A stretch of 64,000 nucleotides of DNA from the human T2T-CHM13v2.0 reference genome, Homo sapiens. The stretch lies in assembly GCF_009914755.1 (NCBI RefSeq), contig NC_060947.1. One strand, 5' to 3'. The translations under genes were made by a program, and so were the position numbers. Below the pieces are notes generated by a model. It saw nothing but the letters and a program-made list of their open reading frames with translations, was not told the DNA's origin and ran no database searches. Shown here piece after piece: positions 1 through 29,087 of this stretch. Every line of letters begins with the position of its first letter. Position 1 is the stretch's first letter.

Positions 1-640
<640 letters not shown>

Positions 641-659
641 TTGTTTCAACTTTGTAATA

Positions 660-1440
660 GGCAATATATGCATATGGTATACATAAGAGTATAAAACAAA
701 AAATATCTTCCCTACTCATCCTCCACCCACCCAGTTCCCTTCCCCAGAGGCAAATACTGTTTCTGGTTTCTTCTGTTCATCCTAGAGATAGCTGATGCAT
801 ATATAAGCAAAGAACTCTGACTGGTACATAAAGAAAATATTTTTTTCCTTTTTTAGACAAATGTACGCTGTTCTCTACTTTTGTTCACTTAAAAATATAA
901 CTTGGTTAAATATATATATATATTCCATATCAACAGATAAAGAGTTACTTCATTCTTTACAAGGACCGCATTGTATTCCTTTGTATAGATAAACCAAAAT
1001 GTCTTTTACGTGTTGGACAAATTCCTAGAAGTGTGTACATTTTAAATTCTGGTAGATGCTGCCAAATTTCTCTCTATAGAAGTTGAACCAATTTAGACTC
1101 ACACTACCAATATACTGAGAGTTCCTGTTTCCCTACAGTCTCACCAACACTGGATGCCGTTAAATTGCATCACTGCCATTCTCACATGTGAAAAATGGAA
1201 TCTTTTAATTTGAATTTCTTTTTTTAGGAGTAAAGTTACACATCTTTTCATATATTTAATAGTCATTTGCATTTTCTTTGTTTTGAACTGTTAGTTCATG
1301 TCCTTTGTTTATTCAGTTACCTTTTAATTTTATATTAAGGAAACTTGCAATAATTAAGGGGCCTTGTTTATTCTCTAGTTTGTCATTTGTCTTTGACTTT
1401 TTCCACCATGTGGAAATTTTAGGTTTTTCTGTGGTCAAAC
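660..1440 (-). mobile_element. Old L1M fragment
   Basis: attcctagaagt...gagagttcctgtttcc...ctcaccaacactgg resembles antisense L1 3' ORF2/UTR. Confidence 0.6.
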
Positions 1441-1469
1441 CAATCTTCTTTTCTCACATAATAATTCAT

Positions 1470-3100
<1,631 letters not shown>

Positions 3101-3109
3101 ATTAACACA

Positions 3110-5341
<2,232 letters not shown>

Positions 5342-5354
5342 TTATTGGTGAATG

Positions 5355-6470
5355 CCAGCTGTTTGGGAAAAACTCTGTCAACCTGGGTTTTTCCTCTGAT
5401 CTCACACCACAACAACAACCTTCAACACAGAAGACTTCTGTGGCCAAATGTGTGTGGGTTTTTCCCCACACTCCAATAAATGGATGCCAGCTAGGTGTCC
5501 TCCAATTCAGTTCTGACACTGTCTACTCGGACACAGCGTCAGATACCACAGGTTGACGGCTTGGTCCCCAAGACCGGCCACTAACCAGATACCAGTCGCA
5601 AGTCCAGGCTTCCAAAACTTTTTTTTTTTTTTTTTAAGACTGAGTCTCACTCTGTGACCCAGATTGGAGTGCAGTGGCACATCTTGGCTCATTGCAACCT
5701 CCGCCTCCCAGGTTCAAGCGATTCTCCTGCCTCAGCCTCCTGAGGACTACAGGTGCGCACCACCACGCCCAGCTAATTTTTTGTATTTTTAGTAAAGATG
5801 GGGTTTCACTGTGTTGGTCAGGATGGTCTCAATCTCCAGACCTCATGATCCACCTGCCTCAGGCTCCCAAAGTGCTGGGATTATAGGCATAAGCCACCGC
5901 ACCTGGCTGCCCGGCTAATTTTTGCAACTTTTTTGTAGAGACAGGGTTTCGCCATGTTGGTCAGGCTGGTCTGGAACCCCTAACCTCAAGTGATCTGCCC
6001 GCTTCGGCCTCCCAAAGTGCTAGGATTACAGGCATGAGCCGCCATGCCTAGTCAGGCCTCCAGAACTTCTGACCAACCAGCTTCAAGTTGGGGTTCCCAC
6101 GACCCCCTCTTTGGGTTCGATTACTTTGCTAGTGCAGCTCACAGAACTCAGGGAAATAGTTAATGTTTACCAGTTAACTACAGAGGATATCACAAAGGAT
6201 ACAGAGAAGAGATGCACAGGGTGAGCTAAGGGGCAAGGGGCGTGGAGCTTCCATGCCCTCCCTGGACACGCCACCCTTCAGGAACCTCCACATATTCAGC
6301 CATCCAGAAGCTTCCCAAACCCTGTCCTCCTGGGTTGTTATGGAAGCTTTGTTACAGAGGCATGATTGACAACCATGTAGAAATGTGATTGGACAAAAAG
6401 CACATTATCTAAATCCAGCAAGGCCTGTCTGTTCAGACTTTTCTTGGCCTCTGTGCAGCATTCCTTTCTC
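5355..6470. mobile_element. MER21-like LTR interrupted by minus-strand Alus (5618-6052)
   Basis: cagctaggtgtcctccaattcagttctgacactgtcta...ggggttcccacgaccccctctttgggttc resembles MER21. Confidence 0.65.
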
Positions 6471-6595
6471 TAGGGCAGAGGTGTCCAATCTTTTGCACAA
6501 TCTTGCAAACATACTAAAACCACTGAATCATACACTTTAAAATGGTGACTTTTATGGTATGTAGACTATAACTCAATTTAAAAGAAACTAAATCT

Positions 6596-6885
6596 CGGCT
6601 GGGTGTGGTGGCTCACACCTGTAATCCCAGCACTTTGGGAGGCTGAGGTGGGCAGATCACCTGAGGTCAGGAGTTCAAGACCAGCCTGGCCAACATGGTG
6701 AAACCCTGTCTCTACAAAAATTACCCAGGTATGATGGCGGGTGCCTGTAATCCCAGCTACTCAGGAGGCTGAGGTGGAAGAATTACTTGAACCTGGGAGG
6801 CGGAGGTTACAGTGAACGGAGATCGCGCCGTTGCACTCCAGCCTATGTAACAGAGTGAGACTCTGTCTCAAAAAAAAAAAAAAAA
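6596..6885 (+). mobile_element. AluS
   Basis: Full-length Alu. Confidence 0.95.
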
Positions 6886-7824
6886 AGGAAAACAGAAACG
6901 AAATCTCTGAGGGTAAAGCTGAGGCATTCGCATTAAAACAAACAAACAAACAAAAACTCCTCCAGATGATTCTGGCACACAGCAAAGGTTGAGAATCACT
7001 TTGCTAAGGTGTACATGAAAAGCAGAATTTATAAGGCACACATTATATGCACCTTTAGCTATACTGGATGTTGCCAAAGTACTTTCCAAAGTCATTATAA
7101 CTATTTGTGGTCTTTCTGGTACTGTAGGAGACTTCCAGTTGCTCTTTGACAACACATGGGTATTATTTTCCCAATTGAAGGATAAGGAAATTGGGGGCCT
7201 AAAAGATTACTTGCCCAAAGTCACAAAGTGGTACTGCTTGGGATATAACTATACAGACTGTGCTGACCATCATCTTTAATGTTCTGCCTCTCCATTTACA
7301 AGTATTACTTATGTCAAAGGTGCTCCAATTCATTGACATCACTGGACCAGGGCACTAATAATATTTTTGGTTCTATATACCCTCTCTGGTCCCACTGGGA
7401 CTAAATTCAACCCCATACTGAAGGGAGAGATTCACCATACAGAGAATGAACTTCCCCTAGAATCCTGAAGTCGGCCAATCCCGTAAGTTCAAGCTTTCAA
7501 AACACATAGAAATATCAAATAAATGGGGCCGCATATTTCTCAATGAGTTAATCTTCAAGTACCAATGACAAACTGGATTTTGTCAAGTTTATAAAAATGT
7601 ATCTATTTCTAACTATGTGCCAAGAAGCAGGCAAGATGTCTGTCCTAAGGGTTTCAGAAAAATAAGGCAGGGTTCCTGCTCTCAAAAAGTTCATCTTATT
7701 GAAATAGTGAGACTTTAATGTAAATGAGGTAAGAATTTCAAGTGGTATGACTTAAAGAAGTGATTAATATGAGCTAGATGTTTGGGATAATTGACCTTGA
7801 TTTTCTTTCCTATCCTGAATCTCA

Positions 7825-8172
<348 letters not shown>

Positions 8173-8185
8173 TTCTCCATTCTGG

Positions 8186-8970
8186 CTGTGGTAGCTAGCC
8201 TCTAAGGTGGCCCCCAATGATCCTTGTCCCTGGTACTAACACCCTTGTATAGTCACCTCCCACAATGAATAGCGCTGACTTGTGACACCAAAGGGACATC
8301 ACAGAAACAACTGTGTGTGCCTTCTGAGTCATAGCCATAAAACACATTGCGGCTTTTGCCTTGCTCTCCTGAATTACTTACATTATGGGAAGCCAGCTGC
8401 CATGTCATGAGGATACTCAAGCAGCCTTATGGAAAGATCCCTGTGTTGAGAAACTGAGGCTTCTTGCCAACAGTTAGCACTCAACTGCCTACCATATGAG
8501 ACACCTTGGAAGATGACTCTCCAGCCCTAATCAAGATTTCAGGCCAGGCACGGTGGCTCACACCTGTAATCCCAGCATTTTGGGAGGACAAGGCAGGGGG
8601 ATTGCTTGAGCCTAGGAGTTCAAGAACAGCCTGGGCAACATAGGAAGACCCTGTCTTTACAAAAAAAAATTAAAAATTAGCCAGGCATGGTGGCACATGC
8701 CTATGGTCCCAGCTACTCAGGAGGCTGAGGTGGGAGGATCACTTGAGCCCAGGAGATCGAGACTGCAGTGAGCTGTGATTGTGCCACTGCACTCTAGCCT
8801 GAGTGACAGAGTGAGACCCTGCCTCAAAAAAAAAAAAAGACTTCAGATGACTGTTTACATAGTCATCTTCTTAATCGCAGCTTCATGAGAGACCAGAATC
8901 ACCTAGCTAAGCTTGCTCTTGAATTCCTGACCCACAGAAAATACATAAAATGATAAATGTTTGTTCTTTA
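8186..8970 (+). mobile_element. MLT1 (MaLR) LTR interrupted by AluJ (8542-8838)
   Basis: tgtggtag...ctctaaggtggcccccaatgatcc start; aattcctgacccacagaaa end. Confidence 0.7.
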
Positions 8971-9229
8971 AAAAAAAAAAAATCAAGAGAGTACCAGAAG
9001 ATGAAGATGGACAGATCATAGAGCGCATTCAGGCTTATATTTTTATCCAGCCAACTAGGAGTGTTTTCCTTGTACTCCACAATGATCCCTAAATGAAATC
9101 AGATGGGGAGGAAGGAGGAGTCCTTAATGGATTGGGCTAGACTCCTCCCCACTCAGAGCAGCTTTCTGCTTATCAGTCTTATTTATACTTCTGGGTAAGA
9201 ATTTAATTAAAGAAAGGATTTTTCATCTA

Positions 9230-10911
<1,682 letters not shown>

Positions 10912-10997
10912 AACATGTAGCTAGATGTCAGCCTATAGTTTTTTTCTGGTTCAACACTAAAGTTTCATAAGGGCAGGATTCTTTGCTGTTTACTGGT

Positions 10998-11962
<965 letters not shown>

Positions 11963-11965
11963 TGG

Positions 11966-12292
<327 letters not shown>

Positions 12293-12635
12293 CTAGGATA
12301 GTACCTGGAACATAGTAGGAGCTCGGTAAATGAAATATTTGTTGCATGAATGGATGGATTTTTTAATTCCCTAGGATTGACCTTTCCATGACTTCTAGCA
12401 CCTGCTGCTGACCGTCCCCTAGCCACACCCCCACACACTTCTTGATACTCTCTCCTATTTTCTGCATCACCAGGTTCTTCTGGTTCTGTTCCAATTCTTT
12501 TGTCTGCCTTTTAAATATTCAGTCCTATCTGCTTGCTCCACACTCTGTAATTTTATCCCTTCCCAGGTTTCAATTTCCCATATATACCAAACTCCCAAAT
12601 CTAAAACAGAGCTAACCACATCACACCCCTGCTTA

Positions 12636-12963
<328 letters not shown>

Positions 12964-13380
12964 CTACAGATTAAGGCCAAACTTGTCCACTTCAGCACTT
13001 TACTCTGTCCTCACCCTAGTATGCATGATACCGTTCCTGTAAAGTAACCTGTGCTCCAGTCACAAACGACAATTCAGGTTTCTAAAGCACACCATGTTTG
13101 ATGCTTTTAATGCTTCCATATTCCTTCCACCTGGAATGCTCTTCATTCCCTTCATCTACTTGGTGAAATCCTAGTTCAGGCTAAACACAAATGCCATCAT
13201 CTTTTGAAGCCTTTCCTGGCCACCATTCAGGACAAATGACCCACTCCCACCTGTTTTTCCTTTCGTTCAGAAGACCAGTATTTTTTCCTATCACAATAGG
13301 AGTCACTCCCTCAAAGTCATGAGCTCTTTAATGGTAAAAATCATACCTTATTCATCTTCACAGATCCAGTACCTAGCTCA

Positions 13381-13782
<402 letters not shown>

Positions 13783-13982
13783 GCAATGGAATCACATGTG
13801 AGCACCATTTCAACAAAGCACAATAAAGATATTACTACATTAACAGAAGTTAGAAAACCACCACAAATGTCAAAGTATTGGGACCAACTGACCTGTTCAA
13901 CAATAGATGTGATATTTATATTATTCAGAAACAGACTCCAACACAATAGGGAAATCCTAAACAGGGAGCATCAACCTCTTAC

Positions 13983-14100
13983 CTCCGCAGATACATAGTC
14001 TCCTCATCTTCTGTGTTACAAAACTTATGGGCATGTTTGGCAGCATCAATCACACGGGACCGGTCCCGGGGCCTCATGGGCAATTTCTCTAACTGGCAGT
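13983..14100 (-). CDS. STEEP1: STEEP1 coding exon 2: (D)[38 protein letters not shown](R); later exons lie left of the window
   Basis: ttccttcag acceptor; 118 nt in phase with exon 1; AG|gtaaga donor; CpG-retaining island inside repeat-rich intron. Confidence 0.93.
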
Positions 14101-14558
14101 CTGAAGGAATGGAGAGATTTGGTCACTAGAGTCATGGCAAAATATAGCAAATGAGTCACTGCAAAATATCCTGAGAAGTTTTGAGTGGGATCCCTAGCAC
14201 TAGAATTTTCTACTACAATTACTATGCTTATTGAAACCTATTATTGAATGTTCCAACTAAAAATGACTTGCTATCAGGAGACCTTGGTATTTGGACCCAG
14301 CTCTCTTACTACCCTGGTGATCTTTGGCAAATCACTTCCTCCTTTGGAGACTTTTGCCTCATTTGAAAGATGAGTTAGATGATATTATCTCAAAAGTCCT
14401 TCCCAATACTGCAATTCAGGTTTCTGTAAGTATTTCTGTGATCATAGTACACTTGGTTTGTGTTATAATGCATTAGAATCAGGAGACACAATCAAGCATA
14501 CTGGAATGCCTACAAGGAAGCACTGGGAAAAGTGGGTATGTGCTAAGAAAAGGAGAGA

Positions 14559-14741
14559 GGCTGGGCGTGGTGGCATGCACCTATAGTCCCAGCTACTCAG
14601 AAGAATGAGGCAGGGCGATTGCTTGAGACCTGGAGTGCAATGCTGTAGTGTTCCATGATTGTGCCTGTGAATAGCCACTGTACTCCTGCCTGGGCAACAC
14701 AGCAAGACCCTGTCTCTGTTTTACAAAAAAAAAAAAAAAAA
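14559..14741 (+). mobile_element. Fossil Alu monomer (FAM), followed by an internally deleted Alu (14744-14968)
   Basis: Single monomer retaining 7SL-like gtgcctgtgaatagccactg. Confidence 0.75.
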
Positions 14742-14816
14742 GAGGCCAGGCGAGGTGGCTCATGCCTGTAATCCCAGCACTTTGGGAGGTCAAGACGAGC
14801 AGATCACCTGAGGTCA

Positions 14817-14984
<168 letters not shown>

Positions 14985-15097
14985 TTATATAGTATACAAA
15001 TGATCCATCCTAGTTGGAGGAATTTTAATCTGAAAACAATGAAAACACAGTAAACAAATTAGGTACAGTTGTAAAGCAGATTGAAAATTGATATAAT

Positions 15098-15415
15098 GGG
15101 CCAGGTGCGGTGGCTCACGCTTGTAATCCAGCACTTTGGGAGGCTGAGGTGGCAGGTGGATCACCTGAGGTCAGAAGTTCGAGACCAGCCTGGCCAACAT
15201 ATAGCGAAACCGTCTCTACTAAAACATACAAACATTAGCAGGGCGTGGTGGCACACACCTGTAGTCCCAGCTAGTTGGGAAGCTGAGGCAGGAGAATCGC
15301 TTGAACCCAGGAGGCAGAGGGTTGCAGTGAGCTGGGATCACACCACTGCACTCCTGCCTGAGCAACAGAGGAAAACTCCGTCTCTCAAAAGAAAAAAAAA
15401 AGAAAAAAAAAGAAA
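15098..15415 (+). mobile_element. AluS
   Basis: Full-length Alu. Confidence 0.95.
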
Positions 15416-15719
15416 ATTTATATAATGCAAATTAAGCACCTAAAGGATCACAGAGAAAGTCAAGTGGTCAGAGTAATTCAAGATGAATAGAGGAGGTGAA
15501 GAGAGGAGTTAGAGAACACTAGGCAGTTTACATGTCAGCTCATTTACTCTTCACAATGAATGGTTAAAGTAAAGATTTGTTGTTCCTATTTTAAAGATGA
15601 AGGAACTGAGGTTAAAAAGGGTAAGAGATATACCATGCATCTAATAAGAAGCAGAACAAGAATTCAGACCCAACTCTAAGTGATTCAAAAGCACATGCTG
15701 TTTCCACCACACCTCCTTA

Positions 15720-18610
<2,891 letters not shown>

Positions 18611-18859
18611 GCATCTTGGTATCCAGCAGAAAAGTTATAAAGCTTCTAGAGGCAGTAGTTTTTGAAGACAGTGGATTAAGAGGGAAATACAATATGTTTG
18701 TGTTTCTATTTTTGTTCTCCTGAAGGAGTTTAGTTTTGAGGAAGGTCTGGATACAGAGTCACAAGGCTAAACAAAAAGCAGGAAAAAAAAAATGCCCTGG
18801 AGTGGGGCGGGGATGCGTAGGGAGGATTTAGTCGGAGAGAGAAAACCCACCAATCTTCG

Positions 18860-19260
<401 letters not shown>

Positions 19261-19389
19261 AGAACCTACTTTGTCTTGGCCAAGTTAGCTGGGACTCCTG
19301 TGATCTGGGAGTCACTTCTCAATGAAGATTGGTGGGCTTTCTCACAACACCCTTAATATTATATAAATTCTTTACATTTCTATAACGCA

Positions 19390-19486
19390 TGCATTTATAT
19401 GTATATATACACATATGTATATATAAGACCAGCTAAATAAAGGACTATGCATTATATAGTTTATATTATATATATATATATATATG
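19390..19486. repeat. AT-rich low complexity with (TA)n
   Basis: tatatatatatatatata about 19466-19485. Confidence 0.8.
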
Positions 19487-19564
19487 ATACTGATTTGGGT
19501 GTGTTTCTAAATATGATTGTGATTTTAATGACTATTCCAGATGAGTACATAATTTTTTAGGTAT

Positions 19565-20045
19565 CTTATTTTTTAGTTGATATAATTCACGTAACATAAA
19601 ATTCACCCTTTTAAAATGTGTAATTGGGTGTTTTTTAGTGTATTCACAAAGTTGTGTAACCATCACCACTAATTCCAGAACATTTCCATCATCTCAAAAA
19701 GAAATCTTATACCCATTAGTAGTCACCACGACCCGCACATCCCCCACCTTCCCAGCCCACGGCAACCACTAATCTACTTTTTATCTCTATGGATTTGCCT
19801 ATTCTGGACATTTCATATAAATGGAATCCTACAATATGTGGCCATTTGTCTGGCTTCTTTCATTTACCATAATGTTTTCAAGGTTCATCCATGTTACAGT
19901 ACTTCTTTCCTTTTTATGGTTGAATAATATTTCATCATATGGATATATCACATTTTGTTCATTCATCAATTGGCAGACAACGGGGATGTTTTCACTTTTT
20001 GGTTATTATATAGATAATGCTGCTATGAACATTCATGTACAAGAA
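19565..20045 (-). mobile_element. L1MB-like 3' end
   Basis: ggcaaccactaatctac...tctctatggatttgcctattctggacatttcatataaatggaatc. Confidence 0.85.
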
Positions 20046-20374
20046 TACTTCCACCGCAAATTTGTGTGGGAATATAAATCTGGATTTTTAACTTTTGACA
20101 GCACGAGAAGTGATTAAAGCACCTTGACACTGTTTGTGATTCAAACAATGTGGGATGTCATTGAATGACTTTACTGCAGTACAGGTTTCAGGTATAAACA
20201 CTGTTTTGCCTTGTAATTTTAGGTTAAATTCATTAAGGAACATTACTAAGTCTATGGCAAAAGCCATTTTTTAAAACTATTCATGTTCAATAATAGTGGT
20301 CAAGGGTGGGGTTCTTCTCATTTAGAAAATTTTCTAAAATTTTGAATTCAAATTCAAATTCAAATTTTCTAAAA

Positions 20375-22345
<1,971 letters not shown>

Positions 22346-22499
22346 TATTTTTTAGTTTTATTATGAATTTTGCCATAATAAGATATTCTACTTAAAATTT
22401 TAAATTTTACTAGCCATTGCTCTCCTCTGAGTTGGGAATATTGTGATGAATGCTTAGTCTGGTAACATTGATGTACATTATAATATTATTAAATCTTTT

Positions 22500-22602
22500 G
22501 ACTTTTTTCAACCGTTTAAGAATATAGAAAGCCATTCTTAGTTTGTAGGCCATAGACAAATAATGGCAGGTTAGATTTGGCTGCAGTTTGCTGAGCCCTG
22601 GT
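22500..22602. mobile_element. MER58/Cheshire-like hAT DNA transposon end
   Basis: cattcttagtttgtaggcc...gatttggctgcagtttgctgagccctg. Confidence 0.55.
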
Positions 22603-22654
22603 CTGATGGATGTGGCTGGTTTGATTGAATTCCCATGTACAACATGGTAGACAT

Positions 22655-23146
22655 GTGTATTAGTTTCATATTACTGCTGTAACAAGTTACCACAAACTTG
22701 GTGGCTTAAGACAACACAAATGTATTATCTTAGAGTTTTGGACATCAGAAGTCCAAAACCAATATCAGTGGTCTAAAGTCAAGGTGTCAGCAGGTCTGAT
22801 TGCTTCTGGGGGCTTCAGGCTTCCATTTTTTGCCTCTTCCAACTCCTACTGCAGACATACTTTGGCTCCTTCCCTGGTGGCCACATCACTCCAATCTCTG
22901 CTTCAGTCATCACATGGCCTCCTCTTTGACTCCTACTTCATCCCTCGTATAAGGACTGGTTTGATTGCCTCAGGCCCACCCCTTTAATCCAGGATAATAT
23001 CCCCATGTCAAGATTCTTAATTTAATCACATCTGCAAAGTCCCTTTTGCCATGTAAGGTAACATATTCACCAGTTACAGAGATAAGGAAATGGAGATCTG
23101 GCTGGGGGGGCGGAGGGGGCAGGGTTGTGCATTATTCAGCATACCA
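22655..23146 (-). mobile_element. MLT1 LTR
   Basis: tgtattagtttc...ctgctgtaacaagttaccacaaacttggtggcttaa...atcacatctgcaaagtccctttt. Confidence 0.8.
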
Positions 23147-23192
23147 CACCATGCCTTTGTTTTCTTTGATTCAGTAATTTAGCAGGTAGTGA

Positions 23193-25562
<2,370 letters not shown>

Positions 25563-25929
25563 AGGATATTTTCAATACATCTCTCTCATGCTCAAACACC
25601 TATAAAAGCTGCCTAAATTCCCCATTCTCGCATTTGAGGGCATTTAATCAACTTCTGTCACCCTCACTTTTCCTAGCTGAGGTCTCATCATTCCCCAGCC
25701 AAGAACCTGTCCATTAGCCAAGCTCATCTGCCCACGGGTTTAGCTCCATGCCCTTGTCTGTGCCATTGCCCCCATATAAACTGCTTAAGTTCTTCTCTCT
25801 CAAGCTCCGCTTTCATCTCTGTTGAAACAAAATTGAAATACACCCATTTCAGGAAGCTTGTCCTGATCCCACCAGAATGACGATTCCTCTGCTGTGCAAT
25901 CTCTCAGCATCTGTGGTTTCACACACTTC

Positions 25930-26500
25930 TACAAGTTGAGGATCTCAAATCTGAAAATCTAAAATCCGAAATGCTCCAAAACCTGAAACTTTTATAATGC
26001 AAATAATTCCAAAATCTGAAAAAAAAAAAAAAAAAAAAAAGGAAATCTGAAACCGTTCTGGTTCTGCTGTTGCTGTCGTAGGCAGACTTCTAAGATGCTA
26101 CCCTCCCCTGAGATTCTTGGTCCTTGGTATATACACACACTTTCTCCCAGTTATTAAATGAAATACTAATCTAGGTTCTGCAGTGAAAAAATTTAGCAGA
26201 CATAATAAAGGTCCCAACTTAGATGTTTTTAACATAGGGAAATTATCCATGGGGTGGGCCTGACATAATCTGATAAGCCTTTAAAGTAGACTGTGCTCTT
26301 CCTGAAAACAAGATTCAAAGAGTGAGAGGGATGTGGTGGGAGAGAAATTCTCTGTTGATGACTTTGAAGATGGAGTAGGCCACTTGGCAAGGAATGCAGG
26401 CGGCCTCTAGGAGCTGAGAGTAGTTCCCAGGTGGCAGCTAGTAAGGAAATAGGGACCAAAGTCCTACAACTGCAATGAACTGGGCTTGGCCAACAACTTG
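25930..26500 (+). mobile_element. MER46/Tigger-like fragment (about 25930-26062) and MLT1E-like LTR (about 26074-26500)
   Basis: aaatccgaaatgctccaaaa; gtaggcagacttctaagatg...ggaatgcaggcggcctctaggagctgagag. Confidence 0.6.
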
Positions 26501-28424
26501 TAATTTGTTAAGCAGTGATGAAAACGAATATACTTGCTTTTGTAGATCTTGCTTTTGTTGATTTCATATGTGTGTATGTGTGTGTTAGTAGACTGCAAGT
26601 TCTTAGATGAGAGGAAAAAAAGTTTTTTTTTTTTAATTTTTGTACCCCCTTCCTACTACAGCCATAATGTGATGCTATTAGGGAGACTTGCCTTAACTGA
26701 TATGTTGGAGTTAATGGGAGATAGAAATCCTTGACCATGAAAGTACCTGTTGTTAAGCAGCAGCTAGAATCACTACCATTGTCAAGTGCCTCCTGCTTCT
26801 CATGTTAGAAACAAATTCCTGCACATCTGATATCTTCTGGACATCTTCACGGGGATGTCTCACCAGTCCCATGAACTCAGTAAGTCCCACCCAAAATTTC
26901 CTTTTCCAAACTTGTCCCTCTCTCTCTATTCTGTAATTCTGTTAATGGCACCTTCAAAACCCCAGTTATCTCGGGGCTTAGAGTTTCAGCCACTGTTGAC
27001 TCCTTCCTCTCTCTTGCCCCATATTCAGCCTGTTGCCAAGTCCTCCCCATTCATTCATATCCTCGCCTTTATTGTCACTGCCTGCTTCAGTATCTCGCAC
27101 CTAGATACTGCAAGAGTCTCCTGCCTGCTCTCTTGAGACCAATCTCTGATAAGGACAGCTCTAATGATGTCACTTCCCTGCTCAATGGACTTCCAAGGAA
27201 TCCATTAGCTTGGCATTCAAAACTCTTGATGACTTAACCCAAATCTACCTTTCTCCTATTTTCAATAATTTTTAAATGTGTATTATGCCTATCTTCTAAG
27301 TTATTTTGGGTTGACCTTTAAAAATTATCCTTTAAAACTGTTATTGCTTTTGCAGGTCCACGGACTGTGACTCTTCCTGCAACCTGCAGCTTTTCCACGT
27401 TCCTTTTACTTCAGACCCACTGTCCTTGCAACTCCCTGCAGTCGGATAGTCTCATATCTTGGACTCTTCTGAACATAAATAGCCGCTTGGCTTGTTGAAC
27501 TACCAAGGGGAAATGTGGTTCCAGAGCCAAATTGTGAGTGCCCAAAACAAAACAGAACAAAACAAAACCCTACTCTGCCTGCCTTAAGCTCCCATTCCCT
27601 CCCACAGGACATACAACACTATTTCATTCTGCCCTGGGGTGATCATTGGCCTAAACGTTGAGCGCCCAATCCTGCATTCAATCCCACAGCCCCGCCCCGC
27701 CCCCCCGTCATAGTCAAGGCCGATTTATTCTTTTGATTTTCCGTGATTTTAACCAATCACTCCTCTCCCCACCCCTCCGACCCCAGTCTCCGGTGTCCGA
27801 AGGGGTTGTGCACCCTAGAGTTGCCGCTTTTTGAGAACCGGTTTTACCTCCGCCCACTCCTTCGTCCTCTAGTTTGGGACTTCCAAACTTCTCCCCTCTC
27901 CTCCCCGGGCATAGTGCGCGCTTTCATGAATGATCTGGTCACAAAACAAACAAAAACGAATAGAAAAAGAAAAAAAGAGAAAAAGAAAAAAAGCCGAAAA
28001 CTTCCCAGGGTTTGCCTTAGAATTAGCAGGTGGGGATGGACCCCGTTCCACCACGAGCTCCTCCAGCGCCCGGGGCTCCGGCGTACCCTACGCCTCTGCG
28101 CTCGCGGCCCCGCCCCGGGCCTCCCGTGGGGCTTTAATGACATAAGCAACTTTCCTCGCGCACCCCCCGCCCCGTCTTGGTACGGCCTGTCCGGCGCTCG
28201 ACGTTCCACCCCCCTCTCTCTGCTCTCAGGTTGGTTCAGCCCCCGTCTACACTGGGGTGGTGCTTAGCCGGCGCCAGACCGACCCTCGACTTCGGAGAGG
28301 CAGCGCGGTTCCTCTGGGTGCTTCCGCCTCCCCTTCTCCTGCTTCTCCAGCCTCTTCGGCCTCCTCGCCCGCCGCGGGAACCCGAGACCCCAGTGTATGC
28401 CCCACCCCTGACCCCGCTCGCGAC

Positions 28425-28468
28425 ATGTCCACCCCGGCTCGGCGGCGCCTCATGCGGGACTTCAAGAG
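28425..28468 (+). CDS. UBE2A: UBE2A (RAD6A ubiquitin-conjugating E2) exon 1: MSTPARRRLMRDFK(R)
   Basis: gacATGt start; canonical Rad6 N-terminus; AG|gtaaac donor. Confidence 0.98.
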
Positions 28469-28613
28469 GTAAACCGAGGGGACGGCCGAGGCCGGGGGTT
28501 GCGAGCTGGGGCACAGGGCGGGTCCCGAGGCGCGCCGGGCGGGGAGGGCTGGGGAGCGGCCGGGAGCGGGCGCCAGTGCCGGCCTAGGGGGACCCCTGTC
28601 TGTCTTCCCGAAG

Positions 28614-28694
28614 GTTGCAGGAGGATCCTCCAGCCGGAGTCAGCGGGGCTCCGTCCGAGAACAACATAATGGTGTGGAACGCGGTCATTTTCGG
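28614..28694 (+). CDS. UBE2A: UBE2A exon 2: [26 protein letters not shown](G)
   Basis: tcttcccgaag acceptor; 81 nt; GG|gtgagt donor; PPAGV and NIMVW match the A paralogue. Confidence 0.97.
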
Positions 28695-29087
28695 GTGAGT
28701 CTGCGTTCGTGGCGGTGGCGAGAAAACTGGGGACGCGAGCAGCTTCGGTCTGCGCTCCGGGGCGGGCCCCCCGCGGAGGCCGAGCGGGTAGGGGAAAATG
28801 TTTGGGTCTGGCTGGGCCTAGGCGCCTCCCCGGAGCCTGTGCCTCGATTAGCTCAGTTCCCGCTGCCAGGGGGAACCGCTTGGGGTTCTAGGGGGGCGGG
28901 GCGGGGAGTGGTGGCGGTTAGGCGCGGCGGCTTGCCCTGTGTCTCTGAGCCCGGGACATCCATTTGTAGTGGCTTCCGACCCCGGTAGCGGTGCTGGAGA
29001 TGGCAGAGCTCGGGATAGCCATCTCAGATGAAGCAGGGAGAAGGGGGCCCCTTAAGTGGGAACTGACCATTTTTCTCTGTGTTGCAG

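Larger units (their letters stand above)
27650..29010 (+). promoter_or_regulatory. UBE2A CpG island/promoter; GC boxes about 27690-27706, CCAAT about 27666 and 27752
   Basis: High GC and CpG density spanning exons 1-2. Confidence 0.85.

Noticed and set aside
14055-14068. 14-bp perfect palindrome cgggaccggtcccg
   Set aside because: Falls in STEEP1 codons R-D-R-S-R; one such palindrome is plausible by chance in 64 kb
27743-28587. 174-aa and other overlapping ORFs upstream of UBE2A
   Set aside because: Stop-poor GC-rich CpG island, mostly non-ATG starts, low-complexity peptides
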